Shown here: positions 12,147-22,666 of the stretch, one piece after another
Position numbering within the stretch: the first letter of the stretch is position 1
How the letters are laid out: each line of letters opens with the position of its first letter
Assembly (NCBI GenBank): GCA_965221905.1
Contig: OZ244922.1
Span: forward strand, 928,001 to 992,000
Length of the DNA stretch: 64,000 bases
Direction: 5' to 3'
Source of the DNA: Chloroflexota bacterium
Lineage (GTDB): Bacteria; Chloroflexota; UBA11872; VXOZ01
Program-made: the position numbers and the translations under genes
Notes under the pieces: generated by a model
What the model was told of the DNA's origin: nothing
Databases searched by the model: none
Seen by the model: only the letters and a program-made list of their open reading frames with translations

Positions 12147-14678
12147 GTGGCAGTTACTGAGCATACGCAAGAAGAACAATCGATCTCACTGGTTGTGCAG
12201 GGCATGACCTGTGCGGCATGCGTTTGGCGGATCGAGGAAGCCGTTACCCGAATTCCGGGCGTGCGCGAGGCAGCCGTAAACCTGGCGACGGAGCGGGCGC
12301 GGGTTACCTATGACCCGGCTGTGGTTACGCCCGCCCACATCGCCCATGCCGTGACGGATGCAGGTTATGCCCCTGCGGTCGTGAAGCGCACGCTGCGCGT
12401 GGGCGGCATGCAGGACGCCTCGGCGGTCAGCCGCGTAGAAGCAGCCCTCAGGGCCGTGCCGGGAGTCCTGCGAGCGGACCTGAACCTGGCGGCGGAGAAC
12501 GCGTTCATCGCCTATCTCCCCGACGTTACGGACGTGGCGGCATTGAAAAGTAGCGTTGCGGAGGCGGGATATACGCTGGAAGCCGCGGGGCATGAGCCGG
12601 AAACCGCCCACGGCGCGTCTATGCAGGCAGCCGGCAGCGCCGAGCAGCGCGCCATGAAGGTGCGCTTGGGCATCTCTCTGGCGCTCTCGTTCTTGGTCCT
12701 GCTTGGCAGCATGGGCAGTGTGCTTTTCCCCTCTCTGCGCGGCTGGTGGGGCGAAAACCCCTATCTGCTCTGGGCGCTGGCGACACCGGTGCAGTTTTGG
12801 GTGGGCTGGCGATTCTACCGGGGGGCATGGGCAACACTGAGGCACCTCACTTTTGACATGAACGCCCTCATCGTCATGGGCACCAGCGCAGCTTATTTCT
12901 ATAGCGTAGCGGCCGTGTTGGCGCCGGGGTTCTTTATCAGTCAAGCAGTGGATGGCGAAACGCCGCTGTACTTCGACACTGCGGCAGTCATCATTACGTT
13001 GATTCTCCTTGGGCGCTATCTCGAGGCGCGCGCGAAACGGCAAACCGCCGCAGCAATCCACGCATTGATGGACTTCCAACCGCAAATGGCGCGCATTGTC
13101 CGTGAAGGCACACCCCACGAGGTGCCGGTCGCCACGCTAGCCGTGGGCGACGTTGTCCAGGTGCGACCGGGCGAACGGGTGCCCGTGGATGGTCTTGTCT
13201 TGGAGGGGCAGAGCGCGGTTGATGAATCGATGCTTACCGGCGAGAGCATGCCCGTAGAGAAGACGCCAGGAGATGAAGTCGTCGGCGGAACGCTGAATAC
13301 GATAGGCTCCTTCACGTTCCGCGCCACGAGGATAGGAAAGGACACGGCGCTCGCACGCATCGTGCGCTTGATCGAAGAGGCCCAAGGTTCCAAAGCGCCG
13401 CTGCAGCGACTGGCGGATCGTATTGCCGCCCGCTTTGTACCCGCGGTGATCACGGTTGCGCTGGTGACGTTTTTCGCGTGGTATCTTCTGGGGCCGGAGC
13501 CGGCGCTTACGCGGGCGCTGCTGGCTTTCGTGGCGGTGCTGATAATTGCGTGCCCCTGTGCATTGGGACTGGCGACCCCGACGGCAGTCATGGTCGCGAT
13601 GGGCGCCGGCGCGGCAAAGGGCGTGCTGGTGCGCGACGAGGAAGCCCTCGAGCGCCTGCACAACGTGACGACGGTTGTGCTGGACAAGACGGGCACGCTC
13701 ACCCAAGGCAAGCCTGAGGTTACGGACGTTATCGCAGTTGATCGGATGGACTCCGGCGTGCGCCGGAACGACGAACCGGGAGACAGCAACCCTCAAAGCA
13801 ATGACAGCGAATCCGCAGCCGAAATGCTGTGGCTTGCCGCCGCAGCGGAGCAGGCAAGCGAGCACCCGTTGAGTCAGGCGGTGGTGCGCGCGGCACATGC
13901 CAGGTCACTCACATTGCCGCCGGCCAAGGAATTCATCGCCGCGCCGGGACGCGGTATCCGGGCAGAGGTGACAGGCAAGTTGATTCGCGTGGGCAACCAA
14001 GCCTACATGGAAGAGAGCAGCGTTGACTTAGGTGAGAATGCGGCGCGTGCCCGGTCGTTCCACGCAGAAGGCAAGACCGCCCTATTCGTAGCCGTGGATG
14101 GAATTGTGGCGGGTGTGATCGCGGTAGCCGATACGCTCAAACCAAGTGCCGCGCCCACAGTGCAGGCCCTCCGCGATAGAGGACTCACGGTGATGATGCT
14201 CACGGGTGATGCGGCGCGGACCGCGCAGGCGATTGCCGGGCAGCTTGCTATCGAGCACGTCTCGGCGGAAGTCTTGCCCGGACAAAAGGCGGCGGCAATC
14301 GAAGCGCGTCAGGCAGCAGGAGAAGTCGTCGCCATGGTCGGTGACGGCATCAATGATGCGCCGGCGCTCGCCCGCGCGGACGTGGGTATTGCGCTGGGGG
14401 CCGGTGCTGACGTGGCGCTGGAAGCTGCGGACATAACACTCATGGGTGACAGTCTTAGCGGTCTTGAGACGGCCTTTGCGCTTTCCCTGGCCACGCGCCG
14501 CACGATTTGGCAGAACCTCGGCTGGGCGTTTGGCTACAACGTGGTGCTTATTCCAGTAGCTGCGGGCGTGTTGTATCCCTTTATCGGCATCGTGCTAAAT
14601 CCGATGCTGGCGGCAGCGGCAATGGCGTTTTCCTCTGTGTCAGTAGTTATGAACTCCCTCCGTTTGCGTCGGCTGTAA
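12147..14678 (+). CDS. copA: Cu(I)-translocating P1B-1 ATPase
   Basis: GMTCAAC HMA domain, [26 protein letters not shown] and MxxSS motifs. Confidence 0.96.
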   Translation: MAVTEHTQEEQSISLVVQGMTCAACVWRIEEAVTRIPGVREAAVNLATERARVTYDPAVVTPAHIAHAVTDAGYAPAVVKRTLRVGGMQDASAVSRVEAALRAVPGVLRADLNLAAENAFIAYLPDVTDVAALKSSVAEAGYTLEAAGHEPETAHGASMQAAGSAEQRAMKVRLGISLALSFLVLLGSMGSVLFPSLRGWWGENPYLLWALATPVQFWVGWRFYRGAWATLRHLTFDMNALIVMGTSAAYFYSVAAVLAPGFFISQAVDGETPLYFDTAAVIITLILLGRYLEARAKRQTAAAIHALMDFQPQMARIVREGTPHEVPVATLAVGDVVQVRPGERVPVDGLVLEGQSAVDESMLTGESMPVEKTPGDEVVGGTLNTIGSFTFRATRIGKDTALARIVRLIEEAQGSKAPLQRLADRIAARFVPAVITVALVTFFAWYLLGPEPALTRALLAFVAVLIIACPCALGLATPTAVMVAMGAGAAKGVLVRDEEALERLHNVTTVVLDKTGTLTQGKPEVTDVIAVDRMDSGVRRNDEPGDSNPQSNDSESAAEMLWLAAAAEQASEHPLSQAVVRAAHARSLTLPPAKEFIAAPGRGIRAEVTGKLIRVGNQAYMEESSVDLGENAARARSFHAEGKTALFVAVDGIVAGVIAVADTLKPSAAPTVQALRDRGLTVMMLTGDAARTAQAIAGQLAIEHVSAEVLPGQKAAAIEARQAAGEVVAMVGDGINDAPALARADVGIALGAGADVALEAADITLMGDSLSGLETAFALSLATRRTIWQNLGWAFGYNVVLIPVAAGVLYPFIGIVLNPMLAAAAMAFSSVSVVMNSLRLRRL

Positions 14679-15057
14679 TGCTTCTTTTAGGGTAACTGTG
14701 GGACAAAGGCAAGACGTTGTTCAAATCACTTGATTGCGCTTGAGGATCGTCATTCCAAGCGCGCCATAGCCCCGTGCTTGACACGGGGGAGGAATCTAGA
14801 AAACTAGCAAAGTGCATAGATAGAGAGTTAATGGCCCGTGCATTGTGCGGTGTGGGGGACAAGCCCCGCGCTACAGCTACTGCAAGAACCATGTGTGAAG
14901 CGGCACGGGCTGACGTGCAAGGGTCGAAAGTTTATTAGTCAAGATCCTAATGGAATTCACACGGGAAATTGCGTACGATGGACGAAGTATACGAAGGCTT
15001 ACGCCTTGCCGACGGCAAGACGCCAGGAGCACCCCCACTATCGAAAGGAGCACTATC

Positions 15058-15204
15058 ATGGCTAAATGCGCGACCTGCAATGAGTCGGTTGACCCCGCGA
15101 CTGCCGAACACAAAGTGGAATACCGAGGCACAGTCTACTACTTCTGCTGCCGTCACTGTCTAGCAGCCTTCGAGCAGGGGCCGGAGCGGTACGTGAAGGC
15201 GTAG
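15058..15204 (+). CDS. Stand-alone YHS/TRASH metal-binding protein (48 aa)
   Basis: CATCxxxVD...YRGTVYYFCCxxCxxxFxxxPERY; AAGGAG RBS; downstream of copA. Confidence 0.85.
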   Translation: MAKCATCNESVDPATAEHKVEYRGTVYYFCCRHCLAAFEQGPERYVKA

Positions 15205-15604
15205 CGGCGGGTCTGAACCGCAATCAATTCTGCTACTGGATGCGCCCCTCACGCACCGGCGACTCGCGTAAGGGCATTTGCTCCTATACGCGAATAGGTA
15301 AGGCATTTCTAGAATCTTAGCCTTTTCTTAGGCTGGGATTCCCGCGCGTTTAATCATAGTTTTCCTTTGCATTCCTTCGTACTCCGTTTCCTTGCGTAGC
15401 AAGGAAAGTCTGCATTTCCCCGCGCACGGCACTCTCTTGCTCGTGCCGACTCATGGCGGCGGCGTTTCCCCTCTTAATGCTTGACAGACCGCGCCACTGT
15501 GCAATGATGGATTCAATACCCGGCGCCAGGTGGGGCAAGGGATGTGGGGGATGAAGGCGCCTAAACAGCTTAAGCACTGCACTCTGGGGGAAAGGAGCAG
15601 AGCA

Positions 15605-16936
15605 ATGCTTACACGTCGTTCGTTACTCGCGGGCTCGGCGGTGCTCGCCGCCGGCTGCAGCACGGTGGGGAATCCACTTACTCCGCCGAGCGCGCCGCTG
15701 GATGCTGAGATAAAGGTGGCGGCATTCACGAGATCCATCTATCTCTCAATGCCGTATGGCAATTACGTACCGGGTGACGATAATGAAGTCAGATACGAAC
15801 GGGCCCTGGCAGCACTTGAGGAAGATGAGGATAACGCGTACGGCCCGAAGCGCGGCGGATACTCGCTGGCGCTGCGGTTTGTAGAAGACTTTGCACCGCA
15901 GATCGAGCAGTCGAAAACTGTGGAAGAGGCAGAGGCGTCTCGGGAGGCGAGGCTGGATGCAGTTGCCGAGACGTTGGATTTGCTTGAAGCGGACCTTGTG
16001 ACGGTTTGGCCGGAAGAGGCGCGATGGTGGGGTGAGAACGGACTCTTGCTGCCCTTAGACCGTTTCAGCGGCGCCGGGGAGTCTGAGCTCAATCAGGAAT
16101 TCTTCCCCACCGTGCTCAATCAGTACCGGCGAGACGGTGCGCTCTATGCACTGCCGGTGGACGCAGCACCGCTCATGCTCTTCTACGATCCGCGACACTT
16201 CACAAAGCAAGGCGTGCCGCCGGTGGATGCGACTTGGAATTGGGACGACCTGGTGAGGAGTGCCACCAAACTCACCACTTCCAAGCCGGATGGCAACATG
16301 GCGCGCTGGGGCCTGATCGCACATGGGCAAGGGGTTGCGTGGGCGCTTTGGCAAAATGGGGCGACCTTATTCGATGCAGACACGCAGCAGTGCCGCTTGC
16401 CGGAACCGTCGGCGGTTGAAGCCCTGCAGTTCGTGCACGACCTGCTACACAAGCACCGCGTCTCACCGCTGGCAGAGATGAGGGACTTATGGGACTACCT
16501 TTGGGTAACGCCGCCGGCCATGCTGTACGATTTCTCTCCCATGATTCTCAATCAGAGGAGTAGCTTTCGCATGGCGGCGCTGCCCCGGGGCAAGGTATCC
16601 GCAACGCCGGTGAGAACCCATCTAGGGATCGGCATTGCCGCCCGCACGCAAAGAACGGAGGCGGCATTTGCCGCGCTGAAAGGGTTCAACCTTGCTATGC
16701 AGGAGCACGTGGCAATTCCTGCTGGCAGGGAGGCGGTGGCGCGCTTGGCAGACATCCGCACGGACATTAGCCCGGCGGAAGTTGCAGCAGTGCAGCACTC
16801 TCTGGAACACGGCCGCGAGTGGCCGCAAGACGGCCTGACGCTGCAAATCATGTATGAATTAACGCAGGGCCTCGGGCGCGGCGACGACGTAGCGACCATT
16901 GTCAATCAGGCCTGCTCCCTCGCGCACGAATTCTAG
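15605..16936 (+). CDS. Divergent extracellular solute-binding lipoprotein, Tat-type (paralog 1)
   Basis: TRRSLL...LAAGC signal; LLLPLD, GALYALP and WNWDDL SBP motifs. Confidence 0.8.
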   Translation: MLTRRSLLAGSAVLAAGCSTVGNPLTPPSAPLDAEIKVAAFTRSIYLSMPYGNYVPGDDNEVRYERALAALEEDEDNAYGPKRGGYSLALRFVEDFAPQIEQSKTVEEAEASREARLDAVAETLDLLEADLVTVWPEEARWWGENGLLLPLDRFSGAGESELNQEFFPTVLNQYRRDGALYALPVDAAPLMLFYDPRHFTKQGVPPVDATWNWDDLVRSATKLTTSKPDGNMARWGLIAHGQGVAWALWQNGATLFDADTQQCRLPEPSAVEALQFVHDLLHKHRVSPLAEMRDLWDYLWVTPPAMLYDFSPMILNQRSSFRMAALPRGKVSATPVRTHLGIGIAARTQRTEAAFAALKGFNLAMQEHVAIPAGREAVARLADIRTDISPAEVAAVQHSLEHGREWPQDGLTLQIMYELTQGLGRGDDVATIVNQACSLAHEF

Positions 16937-17041
16937 CAATCGGGCAAGCTGCCGTTCCCCGGTTACTAAGGTGTGCGTGAGTTAATACAGGGAAATCAGC
17001 GAAATACCTTAGCCGCCGTTAAATTGAATAGGATCAGAGCT

Positions 17042-18403
17042 ATGCTGTCACGGCGATCGTTATTGGCAAGTTCCGCTGCGCTCGCCGCGGGTTGCAGCAC
17101 GCTCGAGTCTGCGTTCTCGCCGCCCGGTCTGCCCAAGGAGACAGAGATAGACTGGGCAGTTTTCAGTGGATTCATCAGCCTCTATGATCCGGAGGGAATA
17201 CTGAACTCTGATGAGATTGTGCTCCAGCGCGGGCTGGCGGCGTTGGCGGAGGACAAGGAAAACCCATACGGCCCGCAGCGTGGGCGATACAACGTCACGC
17301 TGCGTTATGCGGAGGACTACTTGCCGGAACTGGCTCCGCCGCCAGAGAACCGCGAAGAAGTCTTAGAGTATTTTGCAGAGTTACTGGATGCCTTTTCGGC
17401 TGACCTCGTGGCGCTGCCACCATTTCTCGCAAGACTATTGGGCGAGGAAGGTCTCGTGTTGCCCTTAGACCGATTCATGGGTGCGGAGAAGTCTGCGATC
17501 GAGGCGTCATTCTTCCCCAGCGTGCTCGAGCCGGGTCGGGGCGCGGGCGGGCTCTATGCCCTGCCGGTGGGCGCGCTGCCGCAGATGGTGACGTATGATG
17601 CGGTGTTCTTCACGAAGTGGGGCGTACGGCCGCCGGACGGAAGTTGGGACTGGGATGATTTGGTGAGCAATGCGGCGCGGCTGACGCAGCGCGATGCGGA
17701 TGGCGAGGTGACGCGCTGGGGCGTGGTTACGCACGGGGGCATCATTGGCGGGATTTGGTGGACGCTTTGGCAAAACGAAGCAGGCGTATTAGAGCCGGAA
17801 ACGATGCGGTGCCGGCTACAAGAACCGGACGCATTAGAAGCCTTGCAGTTCTTCCGCGACATGCTGCATACGCACCGGGTCTCGCCGGCAGTAAGTAGAG
17901 GCGAACTCTATAAGCTATGGACGGGAGTGACGCCGCACTTTGCGATGAAATACAGCACACCAGCGCTTGTCCCGACTACCCTTGACTTCCCTTTGGCGGA
18001 GTTGCCCCGGGGCAAAGTGCACGCCGTGCCGGTGAGCGCAGACTTAAGCATTGCCATTGCCGCCAGGACGGAGAAGGCGGAGGCGGCGTACACGGCGCTC
18101 AGGGGCGTCGTGGGCGTCATGCAAGAGCGCGTGCACGTGCCCGCCGAGCGTGAGGCGCTCGCGCGCCTTGGCGAGTTTCGCAAGAGGCTCAGGCCCGATG
18201 AAGTAACGGCGATCCAGCGTTCAATGGAACATGGGCACGCTATGCCGCAGTTTGGCGTTCAATACGCTGCCATGGGAAGCATAATGGAGGGTCTGGTACG
18301 CGGCGACGACGTGGCAACGGTGGTGGGCACGGCATGTGCACGCATAGGCGAGCACATGCAGTTTTGCGAGGCTAACCCCATAGTCTTTAGGTGTCTCATC
18401 TAA
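17042..18403 (+). CDS. Divergent extracellular solute-binding lipoprotein, Tat-type (paralog 2)
   Basis: SRRSLL...LAAGC; same motif set as paralog 1. Confidence 0.8.
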   Translation: MLSRRSLLASSAALAAGCSTLESAFSPPGLPKETEIDWAVFSGFISLYDPEGILNSDEIVLQRGLAALAEDKENPYGPQRGRYNVTLRYAEDYLPELAPPPENREEVLEYFAELLDAFSADLVALPPFLARLLGEEGLVLPLDRFMGAEKSAIEASFFPSVLEPGRGAGGLYALPVGALPQMVTYDAVFFTKWGVRPPDGSWDWDDLVSNAARLTQRDADGEVTRWGVVTHGGIIGGIWWTLWQNEAGVLEPETMRCRLQEPDALEALQFFRDMLHTHRVSPAVSRGELYKLWTGVTPHFAMKYSTPALVPTTLDFPLAELPRGKVHAVPVSADLSIAIAARTEKAEAAYTALRGVVGVMQERVHVPAEREALARLGEFRKRLRPDEVTAIQRSMEHGHAMPQFGVQYAAMGSIMEGLVRGDDVATVVGTACARIGEHMQFCEANPIVFRCLI

Positions 18404-18675
18404 AAGCCTCCGCCGTTGGGCGGTCCGCATCGTCGCGGAGCCGTTGCGCACTGTGTCAAAAGCAGTCAATTGCTATATCGTGGCGGAAGGCATCCGTGGT
18501 TAAGGGTGCTATGTGCATTGGGAAAGCGAACCCGTAGCGCGGGGGCTAGTCCTCCACATCCTCAAGAGGGAATTGAACGTTTCTCGATCCTTGCCTATCA
18601 GGAATGGCTCACTTCACGCGCAGAGGGCGAGTCAGCAGTAGTGAGGCTGCAGCCGTCATGAGCAGAGACAGTGCG

Positions 18676-20106
18676 ATGCTTTCACGACGAACTTTACTCG
18701 CGGGCTCGGCGGCGCTCGCTGCCGGATGCAGCTCGCTGGGTTCTCCGCTATCACCTCCGAGCCTGCCCAAAGTGACGGAGTTGAACTGGGCAGTAATCGG
18801 CGATTTTCCCAGCCTGCATGATCCCGAAGGTTTACTGCTCTCGAATGAGAGCGTGCTCCAGGGAGGATTGGCGGCGTTGGCGGAAGACAAGGAAAACCCA
18901 TACGGTCCGGAGCGTGGACGTTTCAACATCAAACTGCGCTATGCAGAGCGCTGGCCGAAGCAGGACTCTCCGCCAAAAGACCTTGAGGAGTGGCTGGCGT
19001 ATTTCGTGGAGGTGCTGGACGCCTTCTCCGCCGATCTTGTGACGGTGTCACCCTTACTCGCGAATTTTCTGACTGAACATGGCCTCATGATGCCCTTGGA
19101 TCGTTTCTTGGGTAAAGAGAAAGCGGGAATTGAGGCTGAATTCTTCTCTAGCGTGCTTGAGCCGCACCGCGGCCCGGGTGGACTCTATGCCCTGCCGGTG
19201 GCCGCGTTGCCGCAGATGGTGACATATGACGCGGTGTACTTCGACAGGAGAGGCGTACCGCCGGTGGACAGTAGTTGGGACTGGGACGTTTTGGTGCGTA
19301 ATGCGGAGCGGCTGACGCTGCGCCATGAGAACGGCGAAGTGGCGCGCTGGGGCGTTGTCACCCTTGGGAGCGTAATTGAAGGTATTTGGTGGGCGCTATG
19401 GCAAAACGAAGCGAACATGGTTGATCCGAAATCGCTGCAATGTCGGCTACAAGAACCGGCCTCATTCGAGGCCTTGCAGTTTTTCCGCGATCTCATCCAT
19501 ACGCACCACGTCTCTCCTCCACTAGACAGTGGTCACCGCCGTAATTTGTGGTCCGGCGTGACACCGCTATTCGCCATGCAATACAGCACACCAGCACTTG
19601 CTCCGACTACCCTTGACTTTCGTTTGGCGGAGCTGCCCCAGGGCAGGGCGCGCGCCGTGCCGGTGGGCGTAGACTTTAGCATCGCCATTGCCGCTAGAAC
19701 GGAGAAAGCGGAAGCGGCGTACGTAGCGCTGCGGGGCGTTGTCGGCGCCATGCAGAGATTCGTACGTGTGCCCGCAGAGCGTGAAACGCTCGCGCGACTG
19801 GGTGAGATTCGCAAGCGGCTGCGCCCTGAGGAAGTCTCTGCGATTCTGCGCTCCATGGAGCATGGGCACAAGCTGCCGCGATTTGGAGCAGAGCACCTTG
19901 CCATGGGCCGCATTGTTTGGGGTCTGGCGCGGGGTGAGGACGTGGCGTCGGTAGTGAATTCGGCCTGTAGGTTCATGGATGAGCAGCGAGAGTTCTGTTT
20001 ACAGAACCCCGATGACCCACGCTGTATCTTCTCTTGGCCCGCTCCAATAGAATTACTGCAATTTAGTGGTCCTCCTGCACCGCCAAGGCAAATTACGCCG
20101 CCCTAA
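18676..20106 (+). CDS. Divergent extracellular solute-binding lipoprotein, Tat-type (paralog 3)
   Basis: SRRTLL...LAAGC; same motif set, closest to paralog 2. Confidence 0.8.
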   Translation: MLSRRTLLAGSAALAAGCSSLGSPLSPPSLPKVTELNWAVIGDFPSLHDPEGLLLSNESVLQGGLAALAEDKENPYGPERGRFNIKLRYAERWPKQDSPPKDLEEWLAYFVEVLDAFSADLVTVSPLLANFLTEHGLMMPLDRFLGKEKAGIEAEFFSSVLEPHRGPGGLYALPVAALPQMVTYDAVYFDRRGVPPVDSSWDWDVLVRNAERLTLRHENGEVARWGVVTLGSVIEGIWWALWQNEANMVDPKSLQCRLQEPASFEALQFFRDLIHTHHVSPPLDSGHRRNLWSGVTPLFAMQYSTPALAPTTLDFRLAELPQGRARAVPVGVDFSIAIAARTEKAEAAYVALRGVVGAMQRFVRVPAERETLARLGEIRKRLRPEEVSAILRSMEHGHKLPRFGAEHLAMGRIVWGLARGEDVASVVNSACRFMDEQREFCLQNPDDPRCIFSWPAPIELLQFSGPPAPPRQITPP

Positions 20107-20205
20107 AAGTCTCCGTTAGCTGTCTCAGCCGGTTAGGTGTACGAACACTTGCACCGAGCGTGCGGCGGTCCTGTTGTCGTATCGTCGCAGTCGAGAGCAT
20201 ATCCG

Positions 20206-21636
20206 CTAATTCCATTCAGGCCCGATCATATCCAGGGGTGGAGTGGTTGTGCTGAGCAGGCGCTCGGTGAGGAGGCCGTGGTATTCGCGCATGCGGGCAT
20301 GGGCGGCAGGATCGTGTGCCAGGTTGCGGAATTCGTGTGGGTCTTCCTGCAGGTCGTAGAATTCGCTGCCCAACTCCCGGCCCCAGTAGGCGTACTTGTA
20401 GCGGTTGGTGATGAGCGCCGTGCCGCGCGTGACGCGATCGCCGTGTATGTAATCGGATAGCGCCATGCCGGGCAGGTTCGCCTTGCCCTCGATAACCGGA
20501 CGCAGGCTGGTGGCGGCCATCGCCTCAGGTATCGGCACACCGGCGTAGTCGAGGATTGTCGGCGCGATCTGGAAGGTCTCCACCACGTCCTCCGCCACCG
20601 GTGTGCGCGCCTGACCGGTCGGAGGTACCACGATGAGGGGCACCCGCGCCGAGGGTTCCCAAAACGTACCTTTGCCGCCGCGCGACCAATCGCCCATGTG
20701 GTCGCCGTGGTCGCTGGCATAGATTATGAGCGTATTGTCCAGCGTACCGGCGTCCGCCAGCGTCTGCACTAACTTACCCACCATGTCGTCGATCATGGTG
20801 CAGAGACCCCAGTACTTGGCAATAGCTTTGCGGATGATGCGGTCGTCGGGCTCCTTGGCAAAGCGCCCGCCGCCGTTTTGCAGGTGCTTGGGTTTGTCGC
20901 TGTCGTCGGCCAGGTACGTGGCGGGCATGTCGATTTCCGCCGGATCATACATGCTGGCGTAGGGCTCCGGCGGGTCCAACGGGCCGTGGGGGCCGCAGAT
21001 GCCGCACCAGGCAAAGAAGGGCCGGTCACGGCTCTCGCGCATGAAACCGGCGGTGTTGTTCGTGATCCAGGTGTCGATGTAGTCTTCGTAGGGCAGCACG
21101 TTGGTGATGGCCGTCATCTCTTTGTACTCAGGCTGGCGGCGCTGGGCGTATATTTTTTCATAGCCGCCCGGATGGCGCTCCTCCAGCCACGCGGCGTAGA
21201 GCGGCCCCAAAGGTCCCGGCCCAAAATGCGTGCCGGAGGATTCCGTCCAGCGTGAGCCTTTGCCTTCGGTCAAGATCGTGAAACGGAAACCCTTTGGCGG
21301 CCACATGTGTATCTTGCCGAATGCCGCCGTATAGTAACCTGCCGCGTCGTGGAGATGTTCCATGAAGGTCAACTCCGACGGGGGCAGACCCGGTGTGCGG
21401 TCAATGGGAAGGGCCTGGAAGGTCACGCCGTGCTGGTGGATATAGCGTCCCGTCTGGATACATGCGCGGGCAGGCGTACAAATGGTGTTCTGCGTGTAGG
21501 GACGGACAAAGCGAGTGCCTTTGGCGGCCAGAGCGTCGATATGAGGTGTCTTGACCTTCTTGTTGCCGTAGCAGCCGAGCGTATCCCAGCGCTGTTGATC
21601 TGTGGTGATGAGCAAAACGTTCGGAGCTTGCGCCAT
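20206..21636 (-). CDS. Formylglycine-dependent sulfatase
   Basis: PNVLLITTDQ, CTPAR (CxPxR), GKIH, PHxP, SDHG and YDLxxDPxExxNL motifs. Confidence 0.95.
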   Translation of the reverse strand: MAQAPNVLLITTDQQRWDTLGCYGNKKVKTPHIDALAAKGTRFVRPYTQNTICTPARACIQTGRYIHQHGVTFQALPIDRTPGLPPSELTFMEHLHDAAGYYTAAFGKIHMWPPKGFRFTILTEGKGSRWTESSGTHFGPGPLGPLYAAWLEERHPGGYEKIYAQRRQPEYKEMTAITNVLPYEDYIDTWITNNTAGFMRESRDRPFFAWCGICGPHGPLDPPEPYASMYDPAEIDMPATYLADDSDKPKHLQNGGGRFAKEPDDRIIRKAIAKYWGLCTMIDDMVGKLVQTLADAGTLDNTLIIYASDHGDHMGDWSRGGKGTFWEPSARVPLIVVPPTGQARTPVAEDVVETFQIAPTILDYAGVPIPEAMAATSLRPVIEGKANLPGMALSDYIHGDRVTRGTALITNRYKYAYWGRELGSEFYDLQEDPHEFRNLAHDPAAHARMREYHGLLTERLLSTTTPPLDMIGPEWN

Positions 21637-21988
21637 GAAAATGCCTCCCGACGTGGTGCTTGAAGCAAAAGAACTACTGTGTCGCAACCGATTATATACT
21701 CTGATGTTCCTTGAGGTTTACTCGCGATTCAGGCAACATCTCAGCGCACGGTATGAAAACGTACGAGGGCGAGAGCGCCGAGTTTGGTCGCCAGTGCATG
21801 AACCAATCCGCGCACCGTTTACCGCCGGTAGCGGCGCAGTGCCACGGCTGCTAGTAGTTTAGACTCAATGAATGCCCACTTATCTGGAACAGATTTAGTG
21901 CCGACTGCGACGCAATCTAGGATAGATCGCGAGCTACCGGCAGTGTCGCGGGCGGTTAGAATACGCTGCTTGCTGGGTTTGAGATCGT

Positions 21989-22636
21989 GTGTTAGCATAC
22001 GGGTACTCCTCGGTAGCATCTGCCCCTAACTTAAGGTTTCGTATGGCTTCCCCGGTGAAGCAGCCCCACTCGCGACGCGTGGGCGTTCGCAAGCAATCTT
22101 CTTCGGCCTCGGCTGTCTTTAAGTCACCGCGCCTGGAGGCCCTTCTCACGCCCAAGAATCTCAGCGCCACAGGAGTCTCGAAGTGGCCCTCAGCTCCGAC
22201 ATCTGCGCGGCGCCCCCGACAGCGGCGCATACCTACCTCGGCACGAATGTTTTCTTTGCGGCGCTTGCTGCCCGCGTGGCTGTTGCGGGCACTATTCATG
22301 ATTGCCGCGATCAGCGCAAGCTGGCTCACGCTAATTTGGGTCATGGTCACGCAGGATCCCGCCCAAAGCGGCAGCCGGGTGGTCTTCGTCGTTAGCGTCT
22401 TCATCACCATATTCGTCACCAGCTTACCCATAATGCACCGCGTCTTTTCGCGGTTTGCACCATCGCGCTTGCAGCAGGGCAATCCGGTGCTGGTTGCCGG
22501 TAACTCTTTTCTGCTGGCGAGCATCATCGTGGCAAACTTGAGCCTGCTGCTCGTGGGAAGCTGGAATGTGGCGATGTTCGTTTTGATCGCTGCGATAACT
22601 GTTGTGGTAGAGTTCCTCTTCCTCGCGCGCAAGTGA
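21989..22636 (+). CDS. Hypothetical membrane protein (basic N-terminus, 4 TM helices); start uncertain
   Basis: Four hydrophobic segments in the C-terminal half; same strand as, and directly before, the methyltransferase. Confidence 0.55.
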   Translation: MLAYGYSSVASAPNLRFRMASPVKQPHSRRVGVRKQSSSASAVFKSPRLEALLTPKNLSATGVSKWPSAPTSARRPRQRRIPTSARMFSLRRLLPAWLLRALFMIAAISASWLTLIWVMVTQDPAQSGSRVVFVVSVFITIFVTSLPIMHRVFSRFAPSRLQQGNPVLVAGNSFLLASIIVANLSLLLVGSWNVAMFVLIAAITVVVEFLFLARK

Positions 22637-22666
22637 TCACGCCCGAAGGAAATCCCAACGGATACA

